Assembly: GCA_963822945.1 (NCBI GenBank)
Contig: CAWGJO010000024.1
Location: 123,995-187,994 of the forward strand
Reading direction: 5' to 3'
DNA length: 64,000 nucleotides
From: an uncultured Gemmatimonadaceae bacterium
GTDB lineage: Bacteria; Gemmatimonadota; Gemmatimonadetes; Gemmatimonadales; Gemmatimonadaceae
This document shows positions 1 through 9,052 of this stretch, in pieces (the first letter of the stretch is position 1; every line of letters starts with the position of its first letter). The notes beneath the pieces are model-generated. The model ran no database searches and was not told the DNA's origin. It saw only the letters and a list, made by a program, of their open reading frames with translations. The position numbers and the translations under genes are program-made.

Positions 1-429
1 TCCCCAGGCGCATCCCTTGGCGCCGCCGGCCACCGACGCGGCCGCGGCGCACGTGGGAAGCCCGCGGTACTCGGCCTGGCTCACGGCCACGTCGGTGCCG
101 CCGGCGCAGAGCAACCGCGCCACGCGGCGCGAGGCGTTGCCCGCATCCACGCCGAGGAAGTCGGCGATCTGCTTGTGCACCGAGTCGCTGGCCACCGTGC
201 ACTCCGATGGCGCGATCTTGCCGTCCACGGCGCCCTCGGCGAACGCCCGGCAGCCGGGATGCCCGCAGGCGCCGCAATTGGCGTTGGGGAGCATCTGCGA
301 GACGATCTCGATGCGGGGATCCTCCCACACCCAGAGTTGCTTGTTGGCGAGGGCGATGAAGACGCCGAACACCAATCCGACCCCACCCAGGACCATGATC
401 GCATGGAGGGTCACCGTCAGCGCGCTCAC
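1..429 (-). CDS. rnfB: Rnf electron transport complex subunit B (5' part; runs off the window edge)
   Basis: Not in the ORF track. Manual translation from GTG at 429 gives VSALTVTLHAIMVLGGVGLVFGVFIALANKQLWVWEDPRIEIVSQMLPNANCGACGHPGCRAFA...ECTV...VARLLCAGG...GAKGCAWG. This is an N-terminal TM helix plus the LPxxNCGxCGxPGC Fe-S motif typical of RnfB. Confidence 0.92.
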   Translation of the reverse strand, partial: MSALTVTLHAIMVLGGVGLVFGVFIALANKQLWVWEDPRIEIVSQMLPNANCGACGHPGCRAFAEGAVDGKIAPSECTVASDSVHKQIADFLGVDAGNASRRVARLLCAGGTDVAVSQAEYRGLPTCAAAASVAGGAKGCAWG

Positions 430-430
430 G

Positions 431-1435
431 TTACGCCTTCCCCTGCAGGCCGGATTCGGTGAGCAGCCACGACGCGATGCGCTCGACCGCATCGGACGCC
501 CCGACCGCCGGGGCGCCGGCGCCGGCCGGCGTGGGCACGGCGAACGGCGTGCGGGCGATGTCGGCCAGCAGCTTCAGGTCCTCGCCCATCTGAAAGGCGC
601 TCAGCCCGCGGACGGCGCGCTTCGGCGCCTCCGGCAGGTGCTGCACGGTGAGCCGCTGCCAGGGTTCGCGTCCGGCGAGCGGATCGTGCATGAACGTCGC
701 CGAGCCCTCGGGCATCATGGCGGCGATCGCCGGTCCATCGAAGGCCGCCGCCCGGTCGAGGCCGGATCCGTCGGTGGTCTGGAGCACGAAGGCGCCGGGC
801 GTGATGCACCGCGCCAGCGGAGCCGGCGCGCTCGGTCCGCGCACCACGAGCACCAACTTCTCGCGCCCGTCGGCGAAGTCGGTCAGCGCGCCGGCGTGTA
901 CGTCCGCCCCGTCCACCTCGATCACCAACGGCGGGGCGAACCGCCGCTCGGTCTTCGTCCAGCGGTGGAACTCCACGGGGTCGAGGAGGCGGTCGTGGTC
1001 GGCGGCCACGTACCGGCCGCCGCGCGCCAACTCCGTCAGCATCACGGCGCCGAACGCCAGGCCCGCCGCGCTCAACGCCGCATCCACCACGCTCGCCAGC
1101 CGCCCACCCGGCGGCACGTCGGCAACGAACAGGTCGTTGCCGCGCGCCGCCACGCCTCGAAGCACGTCGGCGGCGCGATGGAGGGCCGCCACCGCGGCAT
1201 CGTCCACGCGGCGGGCCTTCGGGAAGAGGGCAGCGAACGCGGCCGCGTCCACGCGTCCGTCGGCGAATTCGCCGAGTGCCGACCGTGCGCCGGCGGCCGC
1301 CACTTCGGTCGTGGCGGCCCGGGCCGCGAGAAAGTCCTCGGCCTGGGCCAGCGCGCCATCCACCAGCGTGCGAAATTCGGCAATCGGCTGCGCCAGCGCC
1401 GTGAGCGCCTGGGCCGTGCGGGGATCAGACGGCAT
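431..1435 (-). CDS. Hypothetical protein; C-terminal half resembles a degenerate PFOR TPP-binding domain
   Basis: 334-aa ORF overlapping the beta-subunit stop and abutting rnfB. Segments PPLVIEVDGAD, KLVLVV, AFVLQTT, AFDGPA and FMHDPLAG follow the order of motifs in the PFOR C-terminal domain. Confidence 0.75.
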   Translation of the reverse strand: MPSDPRTAQALTALAQPIAEFRTLVDGALAQAEDFLAARAATTEVAAAGARSALGEFADGRVDAAAFAALFPKARRVDDAAVAALHRAADVLRGVAARGNDLFVADVPPGGRLASVVDAALSAAGLAFGAVMLTELARGGRYVAADHDRLLDPVEFHRWTKTERRFAPPLVIEVDGADVHAGALTDFADGREKLVLVVRGPSAPAPLARCITPGAFVLQTTDGSGLDRAAAFDGPAIAAMMPEGSATFMHDPLAGREPWQRLTVQHLPEAPKRAVRGLSAFQMGEDLKLLADIARTPFAVPTPAGAGAPAVGASDAVERIASWLLTESGLQGKA

Positions 1436-2381
1436 AACGGTCGAGCTCCGCGTCGATGAGGGCCACCCGCTCCGCGGCCGTGCGCGGCGGTACGCGCCGC
1501 GTCTCCTCGTAGCGGGGTTTGGAATCGTCCCGGAAGAACACGCCGAGATTCACGCGGTCGGTGTCGCCGGCCATGCGCCGGGCAGCGTCGAGGTCGTGCA
1601 CGTCGTGCCCCACCTGGTTCTGATAGAGCTTCGCCAACTCGGGCACTACGACGCCGTCGTCGTGCACGAGCATGTTGATGTTCGATGGATCCTGCACCGC
1701 CTTCAGATAGATGGCGCTGGAGTAAATCGGGCAGCGCTGCAGGATGCGCACGAAGCTGAGTCCCCGATGCTGCCGCGCCGCGCGAAGTGTCGCGTACAGG
1801 TGGGCGGGCACCCACTCGGCCGTCTGGGCGACGAACGAGGCGTTGGTGACGCCGAGCGCCACCTGCAATGGGTTCAGCGCCGGAAGCCAGCTGCCACGCG
1901 GCTGCGTATTGCTGGGAAATCCCTGCGGCGTGGTGGGCGACGTCTGCTGCTTGGTGAGTCCGTAGATGCCGTTGTCCAGCAGCAGCACGGTCAGATCGAG
2001 ATTGTAGCGCAGCGCGTGCACCCAGTGGCCGGCGCCGATCGAGGTGCAATCGCCGTCGCCCATCACCACGAAGATGTTGAGGTCGGGACGCTGCAGCCGG
2101 ATGCCCGTGGCCACGGGCAGCGCGCGGCCGTGGATGCCGTGGAAGCCGTAGGTCTTCAGATAATGCGGGAACCGGCTCGAGCATCCGATGCCGGACACGA
2201 ACACCGTGTTCTCCGGCGTCAGCTGCTCGGCGGCCAGCAGCCGCTCGACCGCCGTGAGGATCGAGTGGTCGCCGCAGCCGGGACACCAGCGGGCACGCGC
2301 CCCTTCGTAGTCGTTGATCTCGTACTCGTAGTCTTCCGCGTTCAGTTCGAGCACGGGAAGATGACAGTGGGTCATCGTCAT
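1425..2381 (-). CDS. korB: 2-oxoacid:ferredoxin oxidoreductase beta subunit (TPP-binding)
   Basis: WCPGCGD, SGIGCSSR, HGIHGRA, GDGD...NGIYGLTKQQTSPT motifs. ATGA overlap with the alpha-subunit stop at 2378-2381. Confidence 0.93.
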   Translation of the reverse strand: MTMTHCHLPVLELNAEDYEYEINDYEGARARWCPGCGDHSILTAVERLLAAEQLTPENTVFVSGIGCSSRFPHYLKTYGFHGIHGRALPVATGIRLQRPDLNIFVVMGDGDCTSIGAGHWVHALRYNLDLTVLLLDNGIYGLTKQQTSPTTPQGFPSNTQPRGSWLPALNPLQVALGVTNASFVAQTAEWVPAHLYATLRAARQHRGLSFVRILQRCPIYSSAIYLKAVQDPSNINMLVHDDGVVVPELAKLYQNQVGHDVHDLDAARRMAGDTDRVNLGVFFRDDSKPRYEETRRVPPRTAAERVALIDAELDRYAV

Positions 2382-4276
2382 GAGGCGCGTCCTCCGCGCG
2401 GCATGTGGCCGCGGATGGCGTCGGCGATCGCGCCGGGACGCAGTGGCTCGCCCGGTACGCGTGTCCAGCAGTCGACGTCCACGAGCGTCGCGTTGCGCAG
2501 CAGGATGCTGAGCTGCCCGCGCCGCCGGTTCTCTTCGGTGATGTACGGATCGCCGGGTTCGTCGCTGTAGTTGATCTCCACCGTCATCACCTTCTTGAAG
2601 CGGCGGAAGATGTCGCGGAGCCCCGGTTCGAGCGGGGAGAGGAATCGCAGGTGCAGCGACGAGACCTTGAGGCCTTCGGCGCGCGCGCGATCCACGGCTT
2701 CCTCGATCGCACCCTTCGTGCTCCCCCAGCCGACGATGAGCAGGTCGCCCTTCGCATCGCCGTACACCGCCGGCGGCTGCAGCAGGCTCTGCAGTACGGC
2801 GAGCTTGCGGCTCCGCATCGACGACGAACGTTGATGCACGCCCGAGCTGTACGCCACCTTGCTGCCCTCGTCGTGCGAGAGCCCGGTGACGGTGTGCATG
2901 CCGCCGGCCTGGCCGGGCACCACCCGGGTGGAGAGCCCCGTCTCCGGATTCCACTGGTAGGGTTTGTGTCCGTCGGGCACCGGGCTCAGGTCCACCGGTT
3001 CGGCGAACCAGCGCTCGTCGGGCTTGGGCCGTTTGAACGGCGTCACGCCCGTGGCCAGGTTGGCATCGGAGAGGACCATCACCACCGCGCGGAACGTCTC
3101 GGCAATGCGGCGCGCCGTGATCATCACGTGGAAGCACTCCTCGATCGTCGCCGGCGCGATGATGACGTGCGGAGCGTCGCCCGTCTGGCCGTAGAGCGCG
3201 GCCAGCAGATCCGACTGTTCGACCTTGGTCGGCAGTCCCGTGCTCGGCCCGCCGCGCTGGACCTCGACCACCACCAGCGGCATCTCGGTCATGATCGCCA
3301 GGCCGAGAAATTCCGTCTTGAGCGCGAGTCCCGGCCCCGACGTGATCGTGAAGGCGACCTTGCCCGAATACGACGCGCCGATGGCGACGCCGGCGGCGGC
3401 AATCTCGTCCTCGGCCTGATGCACGATCCCGCCGAAGCGCTCGAACACCTCGCTCAGGTAGTGCGACACCGACGTCGCCGGCGTGATCGGATACATCGCG
3501 CACATCTCCATGCCGGCGGCAATCGCGCCGAGGCCGATCGCCTCGTTGCCGTTCATCACGACGAGCGCGTCATCCGACGGCGCGGGGGCGACCTCGATCC
3601 GCAGATCGAGATGCTCCTCGGCCCAGGCGTATCCGAGTTTCAGGAGGGCGACGTTCTTTTCGTAGACCTCCTCGCTTTTCTTGCGGAAGGTGTAGGCGAT
3701 CTGGTCGCGGATGCGGTCCATGTCGCGATCGTAGACGTACGCCAACAGCCCGAGCGCGAACATGTTCTTGCCCTTGCGTGGATTGTCCACCACGGTCAGG
3801 CACTGCTCCTCCATCGGGACGGGGATGATCCGGTAGTCGCGCGTGGACAACTCCTTCATGGCCTGTTCCCACGCCGCCCGGATCTCCGGGTCCTCGTCGG
3901 TCGCCCACTTGTTCTCCACCAGCAGCACGGCATCCGGGGCGAGCGCGTCGAGGCGATGCCGGGCCAGCAGCACCTGCTCGTTGAACGCCACGGCGAGTTG
4001 CGTCGCGTCACCCCAATTGGTGACCGCGGCGGACCCGATGCGAATGCGGTAGCCGCTGGCTCCCTCCGGAACGCGGGCCGGCGGCTGGATCTCGGCGGGG
4101 ATGATCTCTACCGTCCAGACCCCGTTGCCCATCTTTGCCGAGACGGCGCCGAAGATCTGGCCGCACTTCTGCGCCCCTTCCCCGGAATCGGAGACGATCT
4201 CGACGGTATGTTCGGGAACGCGAAGCGCCTTCGGCCGGACGGCGCCGGCTGTCCTGGGGGCGGATTCGGTGAGCAT
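2378..4276 (-). CDS. korA: 2-oxoacid:ferredoxin oxidoreductase alpha subunit (fused gamma-alpha)
   Basis: DSGEG, GNEA, YPITP, QAEDEIAA, TSGPG, QRGGPSTGLPTK, GWGST motifs. Start placed at MLTESA (4276); substrate specificity not determinable. Confidence 0.93.
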   Translation of the reverse strand: MLTESAPRTAGAVRPKALRVPEHTVEIVSDSGEGAQKCGQIFGAVSAKMGNGVWTVEIIPAEIQPPARVPEGASGYRIRIGSAAVTNWGDATQLAVAFNEQVLLARHRLDALAPDAVLLVENKWATDEDPEIRAAWEQAMKELSTRDYRIIPVPMEEQCLTVVDNPRKGKNMFALGLLAYVYDRDMDRIRDQIAYTFRKKSEEVYEKNVALLKLGYAWAEEHLDLRIEVAPAPSDDALVVMNGNEAIGLGAIAAGMEMCAMYPITPATSVSHYLSEVFERFGGIVHQAEDEIAAAGVAIGASYSGKVAFTITSGPGLALKTEFLGLAIMTEMPLVVVEVQRGGPSTGLPTKVEQSDLLAALYGQTGDAPHVIIAPATIEECFHVMITARRIAETFRAVVMVLSDANLATGVTPFKRPKPDERWFAEPVDLSPVPDGHKPYQWNPETGLSTRVVPGQAGGMHTVTGLSHDEGSKVAYSSGVHQRSSSMRSRKLAVLQSLLQPPAVYGDAKGDLLIVGWGSTKGAIEEAVDRARAEGLKVSSLHLRFLSPLEPGLRDIFRRFKKVMTVEINYSDEPGDPYITEENRRRGQLSILLRNATLVDVDCWTRVPGEPLRPGAIADAIRGHMPRGGRAS

Positions 4277-4582
4277 CGTGCCGCGTATGCCTCGTCGTTC
4301 GTGGTCGCGCGGCTTTTCGAACCCCGGGACGGAGCCTCCGCTACCGCGCATCCTGTGACTGGTCAACGTGCACCAGATCGAGAGGCCCGCGTGGTCGACA
4401 CCCTTGGTCACCAGAGCATCGGTGTCGGGATCAATCTCGACGCGCGTAATTCGCCGCCGGGAGGGTCGAAAGTCTGTAAGGTGATCGATACAATGTGGCC
4501 CGGAATTCCCCGACAGATTTCTCCGTGTCCGCCCACCCCATCCAGCCGGCACGACAAGGGCGCATGTCGGGTCTGCGAACAC

Positions 4583-4624
4583 GAGAAAGGGCGCCTCCGT
4601 GAACGGCACGGCGGCGCCCTCTCT
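4583..4624 (-). terminator. Probable intrinsic terminator
   Basis: Minus strand reads agggcgccgccgtg-ccgtt-cacggaggcgccct followed by ttctc, downstream of the 4687-5049 gene. A second hairpin lies at 4628-4656. Confidence 0.6.
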
Positions 4625-4686
4625 GGGGCGGTACGGCGACGGGAGTCGCGTACCGCGATTCCGGTAGCCGGGACTTCAGCGCGCCA

Positions 4687-5049
4687 CTACTGCAGGACCG
4701 TGGCGCGATACCTGGGAAGGGCCGAGGCAATGGCCCGCTCCCGGCTCGGGGTGAGCGTCGGGCTCCAGGCCGGAGTGCGGCGATTTGCGATCGGGCGGAC
4801 CTTCGGCTGGTCCGACCCCGCGATGAGCAACAGGAGGGCGAAGATCGTGAGCGCGAGCACGAGGGCCACACCCTCCATCCCGCCGATCACCATCAGGACC
4901 TGCGTCGCGGTCAGGGGCACCGCGTAGACCTCCCGCTCGATGGCGAGGCCAACGATCGCCACGCCCAGCCAGCCTATCATGCTGGCGATGAGCCAGCCAA
5001 CGAGCACCCTGGCGGGCAACCGGGAGACCAGAGTACGGAATCGGGACAT
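4687..5049 (-). CDS. Hypothetical small membrane protein (2 TM)
   Basis: ATG at 5049 preceded by GAGGT; two hydrophobic segments. Confidence 0.6.
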   Translation of the reverse strand: MSRFRTLVSRLPARVLVGWLIASMIGWLGVAIVGLAIEREVYAVPLTATQVLMVIGGMEGVALVLALTIFALLLLIAGSDQPKVRPIANRRTPAWSPTLTPSRERAIASALPRYRATVLQ

Positions 5050-5216
5050 GCAGACCTCGCGTTTGGAGGTACGGCTGCGGCCCCCGTAGGGCCGCCACCG
5101 CCAGACGCAGTACAGCGTCGTTCCGCGCCGAGGCATCGTACACGAGCCACTACCCCATCCCTTCCCAAACGATCCCAACCGCCCGCGGGCAACAAGGCCG
5201 GGCCCGATTCAAACAA

Positions 5217-5300
5217 TGCCCGGGGCGGGACTCGAACCCGCACGCCGTTGCCGGTGGGGGATTTTGAGTCCCCTGCGTCTACCGATTCCGCCACCCGGGC
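5217..5300 (-). tRNA. tRNA-Leu(CAA)
   Basis: GCCCGGG acceptor stem, TGGCGGAATCGGTAGACGC D-arm, GGGGA-CTCAAAA-TCCCC anticodon arm, long variable arm, GGTTCGAGTCC T-loop, discriminator A. CCA is not encoded. Confidence 0.97.
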
Positions 5301-5321
5301 AAGAACAGACAAACTAGCAGC

Positions 5322-5351
5322 GCGGGGACGGCGTCTCAACGCCGTCCCCGC
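5322..5351. terminator. Perfect 12-bp hairpin between the Spy-like gene and the tRNA
   Basis: GCGGGGACGGCG-tctcaa-CGCCGTCCCCGC; no clear U-tract. Confidence 0.5.
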
Positions 5352-5393
5352 TCACACCCACCCGTCTCTCCGGCTCGTTCACCCTGGTCCCGG

Positions 5394-5978
5394 TCAGCCG
5401 CCCCCGCCCCCCGTCGAATCGGGAAGCGACAGCGGTGGCGCATCCCCGCCCATCAGCGGTTGCCGCATCGTGTTGAGCTGCCGCTGGACACGCTCCTGCA
5501 GCGCCCGGAACCGCGCCAACTGCACCGGCGTCATGATGGCGGCCAGGTCCCGGTCCTCGGCATCGTTCAGATCCAGCCGCTGCCGCGGAAACGCCTGGAG
5601 CCGGTCCGAGAGCTTGGCCACGCTGTCCTGGTCCGGCTGCGCCTTGCTCAACTCGGCCCGCAGCGCCATCCGGGTGTTGCGTTCTTCGAGCTCCAATGCC
5701 TGTCGTTCGCCGACGAACTTCCGGTTGATGGGCGCGAGCTTCCGCATCTGCTCGTCCGACAGGCCCACCTGGCGTCGCACGGCGCGCGTGTACGCCTGTC
5801 GGATCTGGCGCAGCATGCGCATCCGTTCCATGCCGCCCTGGCCTCTGCCCTGGCGTCCGCGCATCATGCCCGCGCCCTGGTTTCCCCGCCGCCCGGTATC
5901 CCTCTGGGCGCGAGCGCTCGCCGGTACACTCAGCGCGAGCGCGGCCAACAGGGCCGCCACCTTCCCGAATCGGCGCAT
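5394..5978 (-). CDS. Spy/CpxP-like periplasmic protein
   Basis: Signal peptide ending ARA-Q, G/M/R-rich linker, GLSDEQ and MTPVQ (LTxxQ-like) motifs; third gene of an ECF operon. Confidence 0.8.
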   Translation of the reverse strand: MRRFGKVAALLAALALSVPASARAQRDTGRRGNQGAGMMRGRQGRGQGGMERMRMLRQIRQAYTRAVRRQVGLSDEQMRKLAPINRKFVGERQALELEERNTRMALRAELSKAQPDQDSVAKLSDRLQAFPRQRLDLNDAEDRDLAAIMTPVQLARFRALQERVQRQLNTMRQPLMGGDAPPLSLPDSTGGGGG

Positions 5979-6523
5979 CACACGCCTCCGTTGTTCACGG
6001 TGACGTTCGGAACCGACACGTCGGGATCCGCCAGCGGCACCGCCGTGATCTGTTCCACGTCCTTGAGCAGCGTCTGAAGCTGTGCATCCGTCAGGTCGGC
6101 GTACCCGTAGCCGACCGACAACTCGACGTCGCCCGCGGCGCTCGTCGCCGAGGCCGAGCCATCGTTGGCGGCCACCACGGCCGCGCCCGTGCTGTCGTGA
6201 GGCGCCACGTGGTTCACGTACTTCACCACGGCCGATCCTCCCGCGGCCAGGAAGACGACGGCCGCGGCCAGCTGCCATACTCGTGAATTCCACGAACGCC
6301 GGCGACGCACGGCCGCCGCCGGCAGCGCCGCGACGATCCGATCCACGTCGACCGCGATTCGTGGGGCGCTGGCTCGGATGCCGCGAAGCAGTTCCAGTTC
6401 CTGCCGGCAATCCTCGCATGCACGCAGATGCGACTCCACCCGAGCCCTCGACGCAGCGTCGAGGTGCCCGTGCAGCAGGTCGGGCAGTTGGTCGCGGATC
6501 TCCGCGTTCGGGCAGTCATTCAT
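5978..6523 (-). CDS. zf-HC2 anti-sigma factor
   Basis: N-terminal C...HLRACEDC (HxxxCxxC) motif and one TM helix; overlaps the ECF sigma gene. Confidence 0.88.
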   Translation of the reverse strand: MNDCPNAEIRDQLPDLLHGHLDAASRARVESHLRACEDCRQELELLRGIRASAPRIAVDVDRIVAALPAAAVRRRRSWNSRVWQLAAAVVFLAAGGSAVVKYVNHVAPHDSTGAAVVAANDGSASATSAAGDVELSVGYGYADLTDAQLQTLLKDVEQITAVPLADPDVSVPNVTVNNGGV

Positions 6524-7070
6524 CGAGAAACTCCTTGATCGATCGCACGGCGTTGTGATAGTGCACCCGCGCCGCGCCTTCCGTCGAGCCGACCACGTCG
6601 GCGATGTCCTTGTACGTTAGACCTTCGGTGACGCGCAATGTGAACACTTCCTTCTGTTTCGGCGAAAGCCGCTCGACCGCCTGCCGCAGTCGCGCCTCCG
6701 TCTCGTCAGCCACCACCCCGTCGAGTGCGTCGACCTCGGTGACGGCATCTCCCTCGGCGATCTGCACCCGATCCCGCCGCCGCCGGTCGGCCCGCCGCCG
6801 GTCCAGGAGCAAACGGCGGGCAATGGTGAACAACCACGTTCGCAGCGAGCTGTCGGCCCGGAACGATTCCATGGCGCCGAACGCCCGGACGAAGGTGTCC
6901 TGTACCAACTCCTCGACCTCCCGGCGTTCCCCGCAGCTGACCAGGAACCTGCCCACGGCCGTCGCGTGGCGGTCGACGAGCGCGGTTGCCGCCCGTTCGT
7001 CCCCCGCCCGCCACGCCTCGATGAGCTCCAGGTCTCCCCGTTCATCCCTGCTCCGGATCGCGTCGGTCAT
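6516..7070 (-). CDS. ECF sigma-70 factor
   Basis: Region 2 (EELVQDTFVRAF...SLRTWLFTIARR) and region 4 (LSPKQKEVF...TYKDIADVVG). Confidence 0.93.
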   Translation of the reverse strand: MTDAIRSRDERGDLELIEAWRAGDERAATALVDRHATAVGRFLVSCGERREVEELVQDTFVRAFGAMESFRADSSLRTWLFTIARRLLLDRRRADRRRRDRVQIAEGDAVTEVDALDGVVADETEARLRQAVERLSPKQKEVFTLRVTEGLTYKDIADVVGSTEGAARVHYHNAVRSIKEFLDE

Positions 7071-7149
7071 TCGTTCCCTATGGTCGGACGTTCCCGGCCG
7101 CGAGGCGTTAAGAACTTGCCGAACGGCGGGTTGGCCAATATACACCGGC

Positions 7150-7842
7150 ATGCCGGAATACCGCCTTGGCCCCGAGCGGATCGCCCATCGCGGCGCCCCG
7201 CGGGAATTCGACGAGAATACGCTGGAAGGCTTCCTGCGGGCGGTGGAACGCGGCGCCGACGCCGTGGAGTTGGACGTCCATAGGACGCGTGACGGGGCGG
7301 TGGTGATTCACCACGACCCGATGCTCCCCGGCCCCGACGGGCGCCCGGGCGCGATCGCCGAGTTGTCGCTGGCCGACCTGAGCCATTGCGTGCTGCCACG
7401 CGGAGGACGGGTCCCGACCCTGTCGGCCGTGATGGACGCCCTGGGCGACCGTGCCACGGTCTACGTGGAGCTCAAGGGCGAGGGTGTGGGGGAGGCCGCC
7501 GTGGAGGTCGCCCGCAAGCACGGCAGCCGCTACGCCTTCCACAGCTTCGACCATCCGGCGGTGCTGAGCCTGCACACCCGGTGGCCCGATCTGCACTACG
7601 GGGTGCTGTTCGACGCGGGCACGCCCCATCCGGAGACCCTGGTCGCCCGATTCCCGGTGCGCGACCTCTGGCCCCACCGAAGCCTCGTGGACCAGCGGCT
7701 CGTGGATGCGGCCCACGCCGCCGGCAAGCGGATACTCGTCTGGACGGTGAACGACCCGGACGAGGTGCGTCGCCTCACCGCCCTCGGAGTGGACGGCCTC
7801 TGCAGCGACGACGTGCGGGTACTGGAATTCGAGACCGGCTGA
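7150..7842 (+). CDS. Glycerophosphodiester phosphodiesterase
   Basis: IAHRG, ENTL, VELDVH, IHHD, VELK, WTVN motifs. Confidence 0.93.
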   Translation: MPEYRLGPERIAHRGAPREFDENTLEGFLRAVERGADAVELDVHRTRDGAVVIHHDPMLPGPDGRPGAIAELSLADLSHCVLPRGGRVPTLSAVMDALGDRATVYVELKGEGVGEAAVEVARKHGSRYAFHSFDHPAVLSLHTRWPDLHYGVLFDAGTPHPETLVARFPVRDLWPHRSLVDQRLVDAAHAAGKRILVWTVNDPDEVRRLTALGVDGLCSDDVRVLEFETG

Positions 7843-7848
7843 CCCGCC

Positions 7849-8226
7849 TCACACGTTCGGCGTGCCGCTCGAAGCGGCGGCGCTCTGCGGCTCGGCCTCC
7901 GGTTTCGGCGCGTCAGCGCCGGGCGCCGGAGCGCCCGTACGTCGTTCGGCGGCCTCCTTGAGCAACGTCTCGATGCGGGCGATCTCCGCCTCGGCGGCCG
8001 ACAACTCGGAGGCGTGGCGGTTGTACACGTCGTCCGCCAGTTCATTCCCCGCCGCCTTCGCCTTGTAGGTCGCATAGCCCAGCTTCCGGGCACTGCGGTC
8101 GGCGGCCTGTCGGGCGCGCATCAGATCAAGCCGGAGTTTGCCCTCGTCGATGGCGCTGTGCGCGGCCCGGCCCGCGCGCTCGACTTCGTCCTTGATCTTG
8201 TTCCAGATCGGCACGATTTCCTCCAC
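7849..8226 (-). CDS. Hypothetical coiled-coil protein
   Basis: 125-aa helical ORF filling the gap between the phosphodiesterase gene and the rpmA terminator; GC3-rich codons. Confidence 0.7.
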   Translation of the reverse strand: MEEIVPIWNKIKDEVERAGRAAHSAIDEGKLRLDLMRARQAADRSARKLGYATYKAKAAGNELADDVYNRHASELSAAEAEIARIETLLKEAAERRTGAPAPGADAPKPEAEPQSAAASSGTPNV

Positions 8227-8285
8227 GACTGGGGACGGGGATTCCTACGTCGGCCGGCGGCGGAAAGTGTCGGCGGGACCCGGGT

Positions 8286-8320
8286 AAACAAGAGCGCCCC
8301 CGACCGAAGGCCGGGGGCGC
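8286..8320 (-). terminator. Intrinsic terminator of rplU-rpmA
   Basis: gcgcccccggcc-ttcg-gtcgggggcgc followed by tcttgttt on the minus strand. Confidence 0.8.
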
Positions 8321-8343
8321 CGCACATCGAGACTCGTCGGGGC

Positions 8344-8628
8344 TCAGGCCGCCGAGGTCGTCTCGCTCTCCGCTGCGGTGGGGTACACGCTCACGCGGTA
8401 GCGCGACTTGGAGTGGTGCTCGAACTTCACCACGCCGTCGATGAGCGAATAGATGGTGTAGTCCGTGCCCAGGCCCACGTTGCGGCCGGGGTGCCACTTG
8501 GTGCCGCACTGGCGGACGATGATGTTGCCGGCCACGACCGACTCGCCACCGTACTTCTTGATGCCGCGGTACTTGGGATTGCTGTCGCGCCCGTTGCGAG
8601 AGGAGCCGACGCCCTTTTTATGTGCCAT
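8344..8628 (-). CDS. rpmA: 50S ribosomal protein L27
   Basis: [16 protein letters not shown]... canonical sequence. Confidence 0.99.
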   Translation of the reverse strand: MAHKKGVGSSRNGRDSNPKYRGIKKYGGESVVAGNIIVRQCGTKWHPGRNVGLGTDYTIYSLIDGVVKFEHHSKSRYRVSVYPTAAESETTSAA

Positions 8629-8641
8629 GACGGAACCTTGC

Positions 8642-8959
8642 TCAGCCGAGCTGGATGTCGTTGATCATCACTTCGGTGAAGCCCTGCCGGTGTCCCTGCT
8701 TCTTCGCGTAGTTCTTCCGGCGCTTCATCTTGAACACGACGATCTTGTCGCCGCGGCCGTGCCGCCGGATCTCGCCGGTCACCTTGGCGCCGGCAAGCGT
8801 CGGCACGCCCGTCTTGACGGTCTTGCCGTCCGAGCCGAGCAGAACGTCGTTGAACTCCACCGTGCCGCCCGGTTCGCCGGGCAGCGTGGGAATCTTGTAG
8901 TAGCGACCGGGTTCGACACGGAACTGCTTGCCGCCGGTGCGAATGATTGCGTAGGACAT
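8642..8959 (-). CDS. rplU: 50S ribosomal protein L21
   Basis: [13 protein letters not shown]...KRRKNY..KQGHRQ. Confidence 0.99.
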   Translation of the reverse strand: MSYAIIRTGGKQFRVEPGRYYKIPTLPGEPGGTVEFNDVLLGSDGKTVKTGVPTLAGAKVTGEIRRHGRGDKIVVFKMKRRKNYAKKQGHRQGFTEVMINDIQLG

Positions 8960-8993
8960 GGGATCGATCAGGGTTAATGCGCGCGAGCCATCT

Positions 8994-9022
8994 AAGTTAG
9001 ACGACCGCTATCTCGTTGTCAA
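8994..9022 (-). promoter_or_regulatory. Sigma70-type promoter of rplU-rpmA
   Basis: TTGACA (9022-9017), 17-bp spacer, TAACTT (8999-8994). Confidence 0.85.
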
Positions 9023-9052
9023 CGTGGCGTCTAGGGGGTCCGGACCCGCTCT

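Noticed and set aside
4277..5300. Genomic island integrated at tRNA-Leu
   Set aside because: No integrase and no duplicated tRNA 3' end within the window; cannot be supported here.
5394..7070. ECF sigma / zf-HC2 / Spy-like triplet as a novel system
   Set aside because: A widespread envelope-stress arrangement; nothing unusual seen.
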